A stretch of DNA of 64,000 bases from Spirochaetia bacterium (GTDB taxonomy: Bacteria; Spirochaetota; Spirochaetia; DSM-16054; Sediminispirochaetaceae), in contig JAXHMY010000001.1 in assembly GCA_034520965.1 (NCBI GenBank), forward strand, positions 32,001 to 96,000. The letters are read 5' to 3'. Below are positions 1 through 11,069 of this stretch, one piece after another (position 1 is the first letter of the stretch; the number at the start of each line of letters is the position of its first letter). The notes under the pieces were generated by a model. That model did not search any database. It had not been told where the DNA came from and was given only the letters and a program-made list of their open reading frames with translations. Position numbers and translations under genes: made by a program.

Positions 1-107
1 TAAGACAGATTATCCGGAAGTTCAAAAAGCTCGGAGGCTTCCTCAAAAGAGATTCCGTGTTTCTTGATGTTGTATTGATTTTTTAATGAGTCCCATTGAG
101 ACTCCAT
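1..107 (-). CDS. brnT: BrnT-family (DUF497) toxin, 5' part; runs off the window edge
   Basis: Manual translation MESQWDSLKNQYNIKKHGISFEEASELFELPDNL matches the BrnT N-terminal WDxxKNxxNxxKHGISF motif; TATAAT lies 5 nt before the ATG (leaderless-like). Not in the ORF track. Confidence 0.8.
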   Translation of the reverse strand, partial: MESQWDSLKNQYNIKKHGISFEEASELFELPDNLS

Positions 108-151
108 ATGTAATTATACGCTATTGGCGTTAATATCAACTCTTCATTGTT

Positions 152-277
152 CAGACTCACATCAATTTGCTGCAACGTATATGATCTATATGAAAATTCG
201 ACCGTTAATGACATTAAATTCTCATCGGGCGTATACCGGACCCTAGAGAGAAACACAGCGATAATCCAGCTGGACGT
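152..277 (+). repeat. att-like junction repeat, copy 1 (degenerate; TCACATC arm type)
   Basis: cagactcacatcaatttg..gtatatgatctatatga matches 30409-30460; the 3' end cagcgataatccagctggacgt matches 29938-29959 (tRNA T-arm/acceptor end). Confidence 0.75.
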
Positions 278-307
278 AAAAATGAGAAGAGGCCTTTAGG
301 CTGATTC

Positions 308-616
308 TCAGGGAAGGATTTTTTCTCCCTTCTGTACTACCATTTGTGAAAATCCGGAACGATCGTGTGCTGAATCTATGATTATTGGTTCTACCATGAG
401 TAAATCCAATGAGCGCCGCAACTTTTGTAATTGTTTTTCCAGCTGAAGGACATTCCGCGGTTCATGCTCCATTTCCAGGGCAATATCTATATCGCTAGTG
501 GATGTAGGATTCCCATATACCCACGAGCCGTATAGCCACGCCCTGGAGACCGGTAAGGAGTCTTGGGCTGCAGCAGCAAAATGTCTGGCTATCCGCAACA
601 CATCTGTTTTATCCAT
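308..616 (-). CDS. Minimal nucleotidyltransferase (MNT) antitoxin
   Basis: LYGS...SDID motif; start MDKT overlaps the end of the HEPN gene, as usual for this pair. Confidence 0.85.
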   Translation of the reverse strand: MDKTDVLRIARHFAAAAQDSLPVSRAWLYGSWVYGNPTSTSDIDIALEMEHEPRNVLQLEKQLQKLRRSLDLLMVEPIIIDSAHDRSGFSQMVVQKGEKILP

Positions 617-987
617 GATTGTACCTCTACCGTTTTTTCCAGTAATCTCCTGCAATAATCCTCTGTAAGTTCATCCATTATATACTGTTTGTCTCTAGGG
701 TAACGTGCTTCTATATTGAGAGGTTGCAACTCATCAAGAAGGTCGGCTAAATCTTCCGTAAGCGTATCTTTGAGACCTGAGGCTTCCGATAAACGCCACA
801 GATCGTGCGTGTAAGGAGCCTCTTTTGCTATTCTGGACACATAATAGGCTTTGAGAGCTTTTTCTACACTCTGGTGCGCCATGAATCCAACGTACAAATA
901 TCTTTTTGTGTCGAGCATCGCCTGAGCAGTTTCCAAGTCATAGTCGGAGAGTTCAAGCCAATACTGTTTCAATTCTCGAATATCCAT
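589..987 (-). CDS. HEPN domain protein (HEPN-MNT TA module)
   Basis: W..S.YDLETA, HQSVEKALKA, THDL and EARYP motifs of the HEPN family. Confidence 0.9.
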   Translation of the reverse strand: MDIRELKQYWLELSDYDLETAQAMLDTKRYLYVGFMAHQSVEKALKAYYVSRIAKEAPYTHDLWRLSEASGLKDTLTEDLADLLDELQPLNIEARYPRDKQYIMDELTEDYCRRLLEKTVEVQSWIKQMCCG

Positions 988-994
988 ACACCAA

Positions 995-1033
995 CATTAT
1001 AACAGCGAATCGGGTCGTTTGTCTCGATAGAAA
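995..1033 (-). promoter_or_regulatory. Repeated TA promoter module, copy 1
   Basis: Minus strand tcgagacaaacgacccgattcgcTGtTATAAT, 8 nt before the HEPN ATG; recurs at 8549, 20884, 29636 and 32821. Confidence 0.65.
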
Positions 1034-1084
1034 AACAATCCTTTGAGTCAGGTATCAAACCGGGAAAGAGCGGAGCAGAAATAC

Positions 1085-1329
1085 CTACGAAACCTTTTCC
1101 AAATCATGTAATACAAGTCCGGGATATTTTGCTATAAGCCTCAGAAGTGCTTTCGCAGGCCCATCAGGATTCCGTCTCCCCTATTCCCAGTTTTGGAGAG
1201 TGTTGATACTAATACCTATTCGTAAAGCAAATTGCTTCTGTGACAAACCCAGGTATTTTCGCAATGCTGCCAGATCACCGGTTTTCCACGCGCCCGATAT
1301 GAGTCGTAGACGCTGCTCTCGGGTAATAG
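1085..1329 (-). pseudogene. XRE/HTH antitoxin pseudogene (paralog of 32906-33196)
   Basis: Close nucleotide match to 32906-33150; 5'-truncated, with an in-frame TAG at 1181-1183 (WE*GRR). Confidence 0.85.
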
Positions 1330-1440
1330 GCAAAGCGCCAGCGATGCCCGTCTTCCCTGCGCTCGATCAAGCGGCCCAGCTTGTCGTAGTTGTAGGTGGT
1401 GGTGCGCCTGTCGACGTTGGTTACAGAAAAGGACGGGGCG
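1330..1440 (-). pseudogene. Orphan YD/RHS repeat fragment
   Basis: GC-rich patch translating TTTYNYDKLGRLIERREDGHRWRFAY, similar to EYGYDKLDRITERREAGYEWHYAY in the Rhs core. Confidence 0.7.
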
Positions 1441-1956
1441 CAATATAACAAATAAGACGAAAATTCCGTAAGTCTTAGAATCAACATCTTCTATCCCAGG
1501 AATTGTGATGATAATCTTATATTCTCTTTTCTTTTTTAATCTCAAAGAAAACAAATCCCAGTAAAGTGTATTGTCTTTATACCTTCCATATTGGAAGGGA
1601 AGATCATCGTATTCTGCAATCTGCTCTCCGGTCTGTATATCTTTAATAATGAAATTAAACTCTTTGGAAAATTCATCTGTAGTTGCAGAGGTAATTACTT
1701 TATCTTCATTATCGCTGTCTATTTCTGGAAAATGAAATGCAACTCTGTATCTGGAAGAAGACTTTCTGGGAATTAATGAATACTCATACTCCCGCTTATC
1801 GGTTTCAATTTCCATATCCTCTACTAAAGCAACAATCTCGTAATTGTACTCTTCCATCCATCTTTGCTCCACTTCCGATATTTCCTCAGTACCAAGACTC
1901 CACATAATTGTTATACTCCATAGAAAGTATATTGTCAAAATCATATTCTTTTTCAT
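1441..1956 (-). CDS. Putative Rhs immunity protein (signal peptide; natural stop apparently lost, reading runs on to 1216)
   Basis: AT-rich ORF directly after the Rhs C-terminus, with a GAGG RBS and MKKN plus a hydrophobic N-terminus; the 3' boundary is estimated from the GC shift. Confidence 0.55.
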
Positions 1957-1984
1957 TGTCAACCTCACGCTCCTATCAACGAGT

Positions 1985-4900
1985 TCATCTCAAAACTTCT
2001 TTATTCCAGCCAGGGGCCCAGCGTGATGGAGTAAAATCACTACCAGCTTCCCTTACCACACTACCAATTAGTGAATTACTATTACCACTTTCATCATTTA
2101 ACTCAGGTATTGCCTCGTATGGTACTGACCCATCATAAGAATCAGCGGCTTCCTCAAGATTTGACTTAAACTCTTCGGAGCTCATTCCCTCGGGGATAGG
2201 AAGTGTATCCCTAGTGGTTATCGATTCAGGTCTAGATTCCTCTGAACGTTCTAGAGTTCCCCATCCGAAGGATGACTTTTCACCTGTCCCTACTCTTCTA
2301 TTGGGAAATCCCTCTACAAGAACCCTTTCTCGATTTGTTTCAAAATTCTCCTCAACAATAGTCGTGTGGTGAGCGGCATTGAACGGATCAATTTTCGTAT
2401 AACCTACATAAAATTCATACTTATCTGTTTTGTTCTCACCGGATTCCGTCGCCATCAATCCCCACAGATCCACATAATTCACCGGGTCCCCGCCCACGTA
2501 GGCATACCAGTTCCAGCCGTCCTTGATCGGGTCCCGGCTCATGAATCGCCCGCTATCGGCATCATACCACCGCGCTCCATAGTAAGTCAGTCCCGTCGCT
2601 CCGTCTCGCTGCTTGCCGGTAAAGCCGACCGTGTTGTAGGGGCCAAAGACCCCGGCCATCGCCCATCCGTAGGCGTCCCAGGCGTAGCGGGCGATAGGCT
2701 CTCCGTGACGGTCGGTGATTGCCACCGGACTGCCGAGGCGGTCCGTGTGATAGTACATCAGCCCGCCCTTGGTATGCAGAAAGCCCTCCGGGCCCGGCTC
2801 CCTGCGGCCGTGGAAACCGTACATCTTCACCGCCACCAGGCGGCCGGCGGCGCGGAAATACTCCTTGTACAGCTCGAGCTCCCCCTGTGCGCTCTCATCG
2901 TACTCGGCCAGGATCTCCCGCTGGTTCCATATGTACACGCTGCGCTCTTCTGTAGGCGGAACCTCACCGTCGGCAGGCGTTTTCACCCGGCTCACTAAAC
3001 GCCCGAAGGCATCATACCCGTAGCTAACCGTTGAGCCATCCAAGAGCTCGGCCTCTACCAGTTCGCCTCGTCCGTTCCACTGGTACTCCGCGGTCCCCTC
3101 GGGAGCCGATTTCTCGGTCATCTCCCCGGTCCGGTTATACTCATAGCTCACCGCGCAGGCCTGTACCAATCGATTCAACCCGGAATACTGAAAGCTCTCG
3201 CTGACCTCATCTCGCCGCCTTTCGGTGATGTTCGCCGCCGCGTCATACTCCCAGCGTTCAGTAGACACGATATCGGGGAACACCGGCTGCTCATCCCAGG
3301 CCTCTCCGGACTCGGGCTTGTTCCACTGTCCCGGCGGCATCCCGCCGGGCTTTGTGGAGGCCGGCACTCCGGAGTAAATATCCTGGTAGCGCGCCGCGTG
3401 TCCCGGGGGAAACTGTCCGTCCTGCCATCCGCGGGTGTTCTCAATTAGCGTACGCGGGTAGCGCGCCTGCCGCAGCATTCCGGAGGGGTTATACGCATAG
3501 TGCCACTCGTACCCTGCCTCACGTCTCTCGGTAATCCTGTCCAGTTTATCATAGCCGTACTCCCGCGTGAATATCCGCCCCGCGGGGCTTTGCCAGCTGT
3601 AGCTGTCCATCGTCCCGGCGCTGTTCCAATTCCACTGCGCCGAGGTTCCGTTTCCGTACACCGCCGAGAGCCGGCGGCTCAGCCCGTCGTATGTGAAGTT
3701 CGCAGAAACATTCTCCGGGCCGTTGAAGGTGCTCACTCTTCCCATGTTATCACGCTCGTAGCGTAGACTCCGCCCCTCGGGGTCGATGATGCGGCTGATC
3801 TCACCCCGCTGGGTGTACTCATACTCCACTCGTTTTCCCGCCTCGACAAAATACACCGCCCGCACCCTGCCGGCCCGGTCATAGGAGAACCTTTCGCTCA
3901 TATCCGGGTCCCGGGCCTCTGTCATTCGCCCGGCCTCATCATAGAGAAACTCCACCCTCTCATCCGGGTACCGAACCTCTCTCACCAAGTCCGAGGCCTT
4001 ATACTCATAGGTGGTGCTGCCCCCGGCAATATCGGTCTTCTCTCTCAGCCGTCCCGCCCCGTCATAATCGTAATACGTTGTCCCCTCACTGTCAGTCATT
4101 TTAGTTATTAACCCGGATCCATCCCGTTCCCAGCTCACGGCCCGGCCCAAGGGATCATAGGCTTTCTTGATATACCCGCGTCTGTCATACTCGTACCTGA
4201 CAGACACATCCCCGGGCCCCCGCACTTTCTCAACGCGTCCGTTGGGGTCGTACTCATACCGGGTAATTCCATCCTCCGCGTCTATAATCTTTGTCAGTCG
4301 GCCCGCATCGTCATAACGGTAGGCGCTGCTTCTATCCCCCGGAGCGCGTCGCTCATGCAGCTGTCCGCTCTGGGTGTACTCCATTAAAATCTTCCCTCCC
4401 TCGGGGGGAATATACTCGACCGCGTCCCCGGCCTTATTGCGCGTCCACCTGTGTTTCGCCCCCGATGGGTCGATGTAGGTGGTAAGATACCCAAGCCGGT
4501 TGTACTCACGCTCATGCGAGCCACCGCGTGGGTCCCGGTAGAAAGTAAGCTGACCTAAAGCGTTGAACCGGTAGAAGTGCTCGGCCCCCGCCGCGTCAAT
4601 CACGGTCAGCTCATCATTGCTCGGGGCCCAATTATATATCACCGGATCCATACCGCTTCTCTCAACTCGTCTCTCACGACCCGCGGCGTCATAACTTATC
4701 TCGGTTATTCCCTTTCCAGGCACCTCTATGGAGCTCACATTTCCCCAGCTATCATAGCCGAGAACCGTCGCCTCACCGGCCCCGTTTATTATCGCTTGCG
4801 GTTACCCACTGGTTGTATCCCTCATACCGAGTCGTGCGGCCGGCCGGATCCTCCCGAAGAAGCAGGTTTCCGTGTGGATCGTAGGTCCATAACCAGGTTC

Positions 4901-6420
4901 CCCTTCCATCAAACATGCTCACCAGACGGTTATACTCGGCTTCCCATTCAAAGCGCTTCTCTACACCTAGCGGCTCAATCACTTTCGTGATGTTGCGCCG
5001 TTGGTCGTACTCATACCGCCACACACGACCGGTTGCGTCTCTTCGCATCGTATAATCATATGGGTTTTCAGGATCATTATATTCATAGCGCACGGGATCA
5101 CTTCCCGCGCGTCGTTCTTGCAGCATCCGGCCTTTCTCATCATATTCGTATGTCCATTCCGTCCCGCGCTCGTCAACAGCCGTTGTTACTCGGCGAGTAT
5201 CCGTAAAATTGTATGAGAAGCGATTGAACACTCTTCCATCGCCGAGTTCCACCCGGGTAACCCGCCCCTCGCTGTCGTGTTGAAACCGCACTTCTTTCCC
5301 AAGTGGATTTAAAAATGAGGAGATCCGCTCTTGCCCGTCGTAGAAATACTCACGGGTCTCACCCGCGGTTCCCACTACCCTTCGAAGGTTACCTGTCCCG
5401 TTATAGAAATATTGTACTCGCATATTCTCAGGGCCGCGCACCTGTGTCAGAAGGCCATTCTCATACACAAACCGATATTCCCGTCCTACCGCGTCCGTGA
5501 CTTTGTGTATGCTCCCGTCATCATTATAGGCGAAGGTCAACCCATTTCCGTTCGGATCCTTGATAGATAACAGGCGGCCTGCATCGGGACTTTGATCGGG
5601 AACCCCAGAACTGTGAGCCGCGGGAAGCACCCCCTCCTCTCGCCACTTCGCGTAGTATCCCTTGTACGTATATTCTACTCCCTCTTTTGTCCGCTCGGTA
5701 TACGTTCCATCAGCGTTCCGAATGAGGATGTTAGTGTTCCAATTCTGAGGCCGTGATGAATTTCGCTGAGGTCTTTGTCTATGAAGGGGTCTCCAGTCAT
5801 GGTCTCGCAACCGCTGTGGCTTCTGTGATATCAACGCTCTCATACACCCTGGGAAAAGCGGTCTGGTTTCGAACCATCATTGAGAAGTCCCAGTTCAGTA
5901 CTAATCGCCGCTCATATGAATGCCACCATTTCTTTCCTAAAGCCATGCCGGCGGCAAACGGGGTCGATATCGTTCGCTGCGAGTTGAAAATCTACTCCTG
6001 GCGAGGGAATACTCGGATCAGTGTACTTCAATACATACTCCCCTGTTTACGGGATTTTATTGGCATCATGCTTTGTCTCTACCACGCCCTCCGGCAAGCC
6101 GGAAAGACCAGTCACACTGTTGGTGAGGAGGTTGCCGCTGCCACTGGGCAGAGCTTTCTCAATTCCTCTGGGGTAGGTTGTTCCTCTTCCTCATCGTTAT
6201 TGTCATCATCATCATCGTCACCACTTCCTTCATCTTCATCAGAATCATCACCAGTATCAGGGTTATTATAGTCAGGATCATCCCCGTCAGGGATACCATC
6301 ATGATCTTGGTCGGGTGGTGTATACCCCCATGAATATAGATTTGAATTGTTGGTAAAAAAGAAAATGATACAAAGAATTAAAAATAGTGTTCCAAAAGTA
6401 TTACGTTTTCTGCTTAACAT
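1985..6420 (-). CDS. rhs: Rhs/YD-repeat polymorphic toxin with signal peptide and DUF6531-like domain; several frameshifts (ORF pieces 6112-6420, 4773-5843, 1985-4738)
   Basis: Many YD repeats; core end YYGARWYD..GRF..DP..YAYVGGDPVNYVDLWGL; frameshifted TGEYVLKYTD..LGKKWWHSY at about 5900-6050; AT-rich C-terminal domain from about 2460 down to 1985. Confidence 0.9.
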
Positions 6421-6425
6421 TTTTT

Positions 6426-7754
6426 TCACTCCTCCCCGATTAAATACGGTGTAACTACAACCCATAGGTTGGTCGTTTTATCTTTTGTCCTCAGATTTGT
6501 AAACGCTCGTCCGAGCACCGGTATATCCCCTAAAAAGGGAATCTTGTCTTTGTACTCAATCTTCCGCCTTTCAATCAGTCCTCCAATTACGATTGATCGT
6601 CCGCTCCGCGCCCGAATGGTTGTCTCGACCTCTCGCGTGCTTGTCGTTGGGTACCCCTCGCTGGTTGTTCCGGTAATCGAGGTAACCTCGGTGTGAATCT
6701 CCGTGGTAAGCTCATCCCCCTCTCCGCAGCGGGGAGTGATGGACAAGGAAATACCGGCAACGATATCCTGTTTCACCTTGTAGGTTTGGTCCCCGCTCGT
6801 CTCTCGAATGAACACCCAGGGAAAACGCTCTTCGGTCTTCACCTCCGCGGCACCCCATCCACGGTCGCCACCTTCAGCCTCGCTGGACCTGGGGCTGCCC
6901 CTCCTCACTGAGCATGCAGCGTCGACCTCGAATCTCGAGGGGCAACCTGTAAAATCGCTGGAACCAGACCCCAATCCCCTGATGGTGTCAGCCTCCTCTT
7001 TGAACACGGTTGAGACGGAGCTTCCCAGCGAAAGGCCTAAATGCTCGGCCGCGTTTACATTGATCTCCACAATACGCGCGGATATAAGCACCTGTCTTCC
7101 CGGGGTATCGACTCGATAAGCCTCGCCGCTTCTGAAAGATTCATGCTCGGCGGAGATAATAAGACGGTTCATACGCTCATCCACCTGGATCATGCGACTT
7201 CCGTAATCGATAAACCCGCATAATATCTCGGCCACCGCCTTCGCGTTGGCCCATTTGAGCTTTATGACCGCGAACCCCTCCTTGGGCAAAAGCTGTTCAT
7301 CTGTCTGCAAGACACTTTGCTCTGCTTCCTGCGAATCCCTAAATGTGATAACAAGCCGATCACCTTCAGGACTTATTGTGGCGGAAAAGAGATATTTCTC
7401 ATGTGCGTAAATCTCCACAACAATCGTTTTTGAATGAAAGGCGCGGACTGTTTCTCTGCGCACTAAAATATCTTTCACATACTCGCGTTCGGCGATCGAT
7501 GGCAGAAACATTCTAAGGTGGTTGAACTTGGCGCGCGGAAAACGAAGCTGCAGAATCGATTCGCTATAATGCCAGTCGGAGGTAAAATTAAAGAGATTCG
7601 TCCCGTCGATAATGACTTGGGGACCTGAAAAATGTATTTTCCTCAGATAGGTGTCGGGACCATTCTCTTGTATTTGAGCACCAAGAACGGCGGGAAAAAA
7701 TAAAAGCAACAGCACTACAGCCACTTGAACAAAGCCCGGCTTTCGCGCTGCCAT
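6426..7754 (-). CDS. Secretin (GspD/PilQ-like), with an apparent compensated internal frameshift
   Basis: C-terminal GISLSITPR..IVIGGLI..KIPFLGDIPVLG..F..VVVTPY; Secretin_N-like segment; KVATVDGVP reads in an alternate frame near 6850-6880. Confidence 0.85.
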   Translation of the reverse strand: MAARKPGFVQVAVVLLLLFFPAVLGAQIQENGPDTYLRKIHFSGPQVIIDGTNLFNFTSDWHYSESILQLRFPRAKFNHLRMFLPSIAEREYVKDILVRRETVRAFHSKTIVVEIYAHEKYLFSATISPEGDRLVITFRDSQEAEQSVLQTDEQLLPKEGFAVIKLKWANAKAVAEILCGFIDYGSRMIQVDERMNRLIISAEHESFRSGEAYRVDTPGRQVLISARIVEINVNAAEHLGLSLGSSVSTVFKEEADTIRGLGSGSSDFTGCPSRFEVDAACSVRRGSPRSSEAEGGDRGWGAAEVKTEERFPWVFIRETSGDQTYKVKQDIVAGISLSITPRCGEGDELTTEIHTEVTSITGTTSEGYPTTSTREVETTIRARSGRSIVIGGLIERRKIEYKDKIPFLGDIPVLGRAFTNLRTKDKTTNLWVVVTPYLIGEE

Positions 7755-8108
7755 GGGAAAAGAGGTTAAGAGTGACCGATAGCGCCAAATAGAAGAAAAA
7801 CACCACTCTGTTGAATATGGTTTAAATACACATTTTATAAAAAGCAAACCATAGTAGGATACAAGCGGTTTTGTGTCCCGTCAAGCTTTTTTTTTTCGAG
7901 ACAGACAGGGAGCGAGACAGACAGGGAGCACTGAATATTTCAGCTATTCAGATAGCGAGGATTGAAAAAAATACCTATACTGCTCCCAAAATTCTGGATA
8001 ATCACAAAGGAGATTGTTACCGTATTATTTGAGAAAATATTGCAAAACTATCTTTTCTATTGGGACTACGGGCTCATTAGAAAGAACAATCTCTTTGTTC
8101 TGAATAAA

Positions 8109-8267
8109 AAGTTACAACAAAGTTACAACACTTTGTCGCAAGGTATATGATTTATATGAAGAAATGACCCTTTTGGTATCTCAAAATTCTGTGCGTCCCA
8201 AATATGTCTAATATAGATGAAGAGGCGGCCTTCTAAGCCGTAGGTCGAAGGTTCGAATCCTCCTGGA
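8109..8267 (+). repeat. att-like junction repeat, copy 2 (GTTACA arm type) containing a tRNA-Arg(UCU) 3' half at 8225-8267
   Basis: aagttacaaca twice, gtatatgatttatatga, then gcggc-cttctaa-gccgt aggtc gaagg-ttcgaat-cctcc tgga; no D-arm or 5' acceptor strand. Confidence 0.85.
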
Positions 8268-8273
8268 TAAAAG

Positions 8274-8531
8274 TTACGCCGCATAATGAAGCACTTCTAC
8301 TTCAACCTTTCTCTTTACCGCCTCTTCAGCAAGTGCATAGATTCGAGGAATTGCTTCGCGCTTTATATCTTCCAACCGGTCCTCAAGAATGAGTGCGACA
8401 GCCTCTCGTAAACTCTCTTTTGCCTCTTCTATCGTTTCACCCTGCCCATTTGCTCCCGGCACCTCCGGACAAATTGCCCAATATCCACCTTCCTGTGCTT
8501 TTTCAATGATTGCCGTCAGCTCTCCCTTCAT
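8274..8531 (-). CDS. hicB: HicB-family antitoxin, probably chimeric at the C-terminus; no hicA
   Basis: GGYWAICPEVPGANGQGETIEEA motif; the DNA encoding its tail (..KRKVEVEVLHYAA) also occurs at 21149-21197 and 30582-30612. Confidence 0.8.
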   Translation of the reverse strand: MKGELTAIIEKAQEGGYWAICPEVPGANGQGETIEEAKESLREAVALILEDRLEDIKREAIPRIYALAEEAVKRKVEVEVLHYAA

Positions 8532-8548
8532 GTCTGTTCCTCCACTCC

Positions 8549-8586
8549 CAGTATAACATCGGATTTGGCCGTTTGTCTCGATTGAA
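8549..8586 (-). promoter_or_regulatory. Repeated TA promoter module, copy 2
   Basis: cgtttgtctcgattgaa core with a TGtTATACT -10 element on the minus strand, upstream of hicB. Confidence 0.6.
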
Positions 8587-8629
8587 CACCTGACTGCTTA
8601 ACAGCGTTAATATTTTCTGGTGGAATTCC

Positions 8630-8670
8630 CAGTCTCATCAAATTCACATCAATTTGTCGCAAAGTATATG
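8630..8670 (+). repeat. att-like junction repeat, copy 3 (arm only; tRNA part absent)
   Basis: cagtctcatcaaattcacatcaatttgtcgcaaagtatatg matches the copies at 152 and 30409. Confidence 0.7.
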
Positions 8671-8773
8671 TTATAATTGTTGAATTGTCCTTCTATTCCA
8701 CTTTCCACTTCTCAACTGCGGAAAATGGGCTTCAAGAAGTTTTGCGTTGAATATGAAATCCTCGTAGGGGCTC

Positions 8774-9199
8774 CTATTTGGGGGGCTGATCGGTATTGGG
8801 CAGGAGCTCGTGCATTCTCTCTATCATCCATCGGATGTAGTGTTTTACTCCTGTCGATTTTTCTGCGGGCATTACCTCATCCACTACATCATAGAATAGT
8901 TCGAATCGATTGAGTATAAACACAGGATTCACATTATCATGGGGCAAGCGTTTTAAGGCCCAGCTTAGTTGATCTTCGAGAATGCTCAGTTCCCCCACGG
9001 CCATGGCGGCATCCAGCATTTTAAAGGTAAAATCAAATCCCTCGGCAATGATCTGCCGTGCATTCTTCCCGTGATGCCGGATTTCTTCTTCCCGGAGCAA
9101 AGACCGTTCAACAGCCAATGTAATGATTTCCGCTTTCATCTCACGAAACACTTTCAGATCTTCCGGATCTATTTCTACCTCATGGCTTGATTCGTCCAT
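8774..9199 (-). CDS. Hypothetical all-helical protein, possibly globin-like, associated with the B12-binding gene
   Basis: Intact 141-aa ORF with RBS, co-oriented with and 13 nt downstream of the B12 gene; the fold is an inference. Confidence 0.6.
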   Translation of the reverse strand: MDESSHEVEIDPEDLKVFREMKAEIITLAVERSLLREEEIRHHGKNARQIIAEGFDFTFKMLDAAMAVGELSILEDQLSWALKRLPHDNVNPVFILNRFELFYDVVDEVMPAEKSTGVKHYIRWMIERMHELLPNTDQPPK

Positions 9200-9211
9200 T
9201 CGACTCTCCTT

Positions 9212-9886
9212 TTACGTGTTGGGAAAATAATCTCTGGCAAGTTGTATGCTCTCTTCGGCCGAAGAAGCATAACCGTCAGCCGCTGTTTTACGCCATATTT
9301 TTTCTGATGTGGAAAATGCCCGGCCTCCTACCACAATTTTTAATTTTTCGGGAGGAAAGCTTTCTCTGACTTCTGAGATAAGGTCCATCGCCATAGGTAA
9401 GTTGTACGCAATGGTAACGGAGACTCCGAGCAGAGACGCGTTGAGCTCATCGATGGTATGGATTATATCTGGTACCGGCGTATTGGCCCCGGTAAAAAAG
9501 GTGTCCCAGCCTTCAAACTCGAGGAAATCGGCAACCATGCGTGCGCCCACCTCGTGCAACTCTCCTGCCGCACAGGTAATAATCGCCTGTTTTCCACGGC
9601 TTTTCTTAAAGGGGAAGTGTGAGTATAGCTGAGATAGTACTACTTGGCTTGTTGCCGTGAAATAGTGTTCCTGAGCCACACTAACCTGTCCCGATTCCCA
9701 TAAATCTCCAATTTCATATTGACAGGGTTGAAACACCCGCAGATACATATCCTGGATACTCATTCCTTGTTCGAAAGCGTTCATTATCAATTTTGAGGCA
9801 TCATGCCGGTCGCCGGAGAGGACCGTCATGATATAGTCTTTCGCCAGATCACTTAACTTACCATTCAAAAAAGTGATTTGTTTCAT
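9212..9886 (-). CDS. Stand-alone cobalamin-binding protein, CarH-type (B12-binding_2 plus B12-binding domains)
   Basis: W-x9-EH (WESGQVSVAQEH), ELHEVG and VVGG motifs. Confidence 0.88.
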   Translation of the reverse strand: MKQITFLNGKLSDLAKDYIMTVLSGDRHDASKLIMNAFEQGMSIQDMYLRVFQPCQYEIGDLWESGQVSVAQEHYFTATSQVVLSQLYSHFPFKKSRGKQAIITCAAGELHEVGARMVADFLEFEGWDTFFTGANTPVPDIIHTIDELNASLLGVSVTIAYNLPMAMDLISEVRESFPPEKLKIVVGGRAFSTSEKIWRKTAADGYASSAEESIQLARDYFPNT

Positions 9887-11042
9887 TGTACCTCCTGTGC
9901 AAGCGGCAGCGAGATCGTACAGTGGTTCCCTGTTGCGGCTTGCTTATCAATTCAATCGAACCGCCGTGACTCTTTACAATTCCGTATGATGCGGATAGGC
10001 CGAGGCCCCGTCCTAGAAATTTAGTTGAAAAGAATGGTTCAAAGGCTCTGGATAAGGTATGCTCATCCATACCGACTCCGTTGTCGGACATGGATATCAA
10101 AATTGCTTCATTAGTTAACTCTGTATCTATTTTCACAAAGCCGCCACCGTCAAGTGCCTCGACGCAGTTTGTAAAAAGGAAGCGAAACAGGTCAAGAATC
10201 TGCTCCTTATCTCCTTGCATGTCGGCTGCTTCACGGGAAGGATTAAAATCTATTTTAATATCACTGTTTAATCTTTTTCGTTCCACCTCAATTAATTGAT
10301 GCAGCAGATCATTGACGTTCAAGTCGGTATAGCTGCTGTGCTGTCCCTGAATAAAATAGAGTAACTTATCCACAAGCCCGATAATTTTGCCACCTTCGCG
10401 GTTTATAGTTGAAAAATACGAGCTTAAGGCCTCGTTCTTCCCGCCTTTTTTTCAATAATGGCAAGGTAGCCTCAACGGCACCGTCATAATGTTGTCATCA
10501 TGATCGGCTATGCCGGATACGATTGTTTCGGCAGTTTCCTGTTTACCTGCATTGACCAGGTATGAATACATCTCCTTCCGTTCTGTTGTGTCCCGCTGAT
10601 AACACGCAATCCTCTCGAGATTATTTTCTGTATCGGTAAGGGGATAAAAGGTAAACTCATACCAATGTCCGTTCACGTGTTCTTCACAACTAGTTGAAAC
10701 ACACTCTTGCGTGGCTTTGTGAAACACCGCAGATATTGATTCCTGAAGAGTTGCCGGCAGTACCTCGATATAGTTCATGCCGATCAGTGCATCATACTCC
10801 CTGTCCACGAAGCCGGCGAAGCCCATATTCGAATCGAGTATGGTTTTATCACTTTGTATCAAGACAATGATATCTTCAGTTGCATTCAGTAGGGTTCGCA
10901 GGTTTTTCTCCGCGATGTAGCGGCGTTCGATCTCTTCTTTAAGATGATAATTCTTCTTATTTAAATCACGGGACATATTTGTGAGCTGATTGTTTAATTC
11001 GCTAATTTTATTGAGCATGTCCTTTGAATGGTAGTTGTCCAT
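9858..11042 (-). pseudogene. PAS histidine kinase, split by frameshifts
   Basis: Coiled coil, PAS and degenerate H-box GIADHDDN in 10452-11042; HATPase DNGVGM..FFSTK..GLGLS in 9858-10373. Confidence 0.8.
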
Positions 11043-11069
11043 TTCTATCTGTACTCTCCACCTTGTAAT

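Noticed and set aside
1216..1440. C-terminal 75 aa of ORF 1216-1968 as genuine protein
   Set aside because: Read-through across a YD fragment and the HTH pseudogene in other frames.
7897..7928. 16-bp tandem duplication cgagacagacagggag x2
   Set aside because: Only two units and no further context; likely slippage.
8109..8130. GTTACA 11-bp repeats as sites of the ATTACA response-regulator regulon
   Set aside because: Similar period, but embedded in the tRNA-linked repeat, replaced by TCACATC in sister copies and lacking the TGTAAT half; the resemblance is not fully excluded.
8225..8267. Functional tRNA-Arg gene (also 29843-29959 and 30528-30573)
   Set aside because: No 5' acceptor strand or D-arm, mismatched T-stems and no CCA; treated as att-like fragments.
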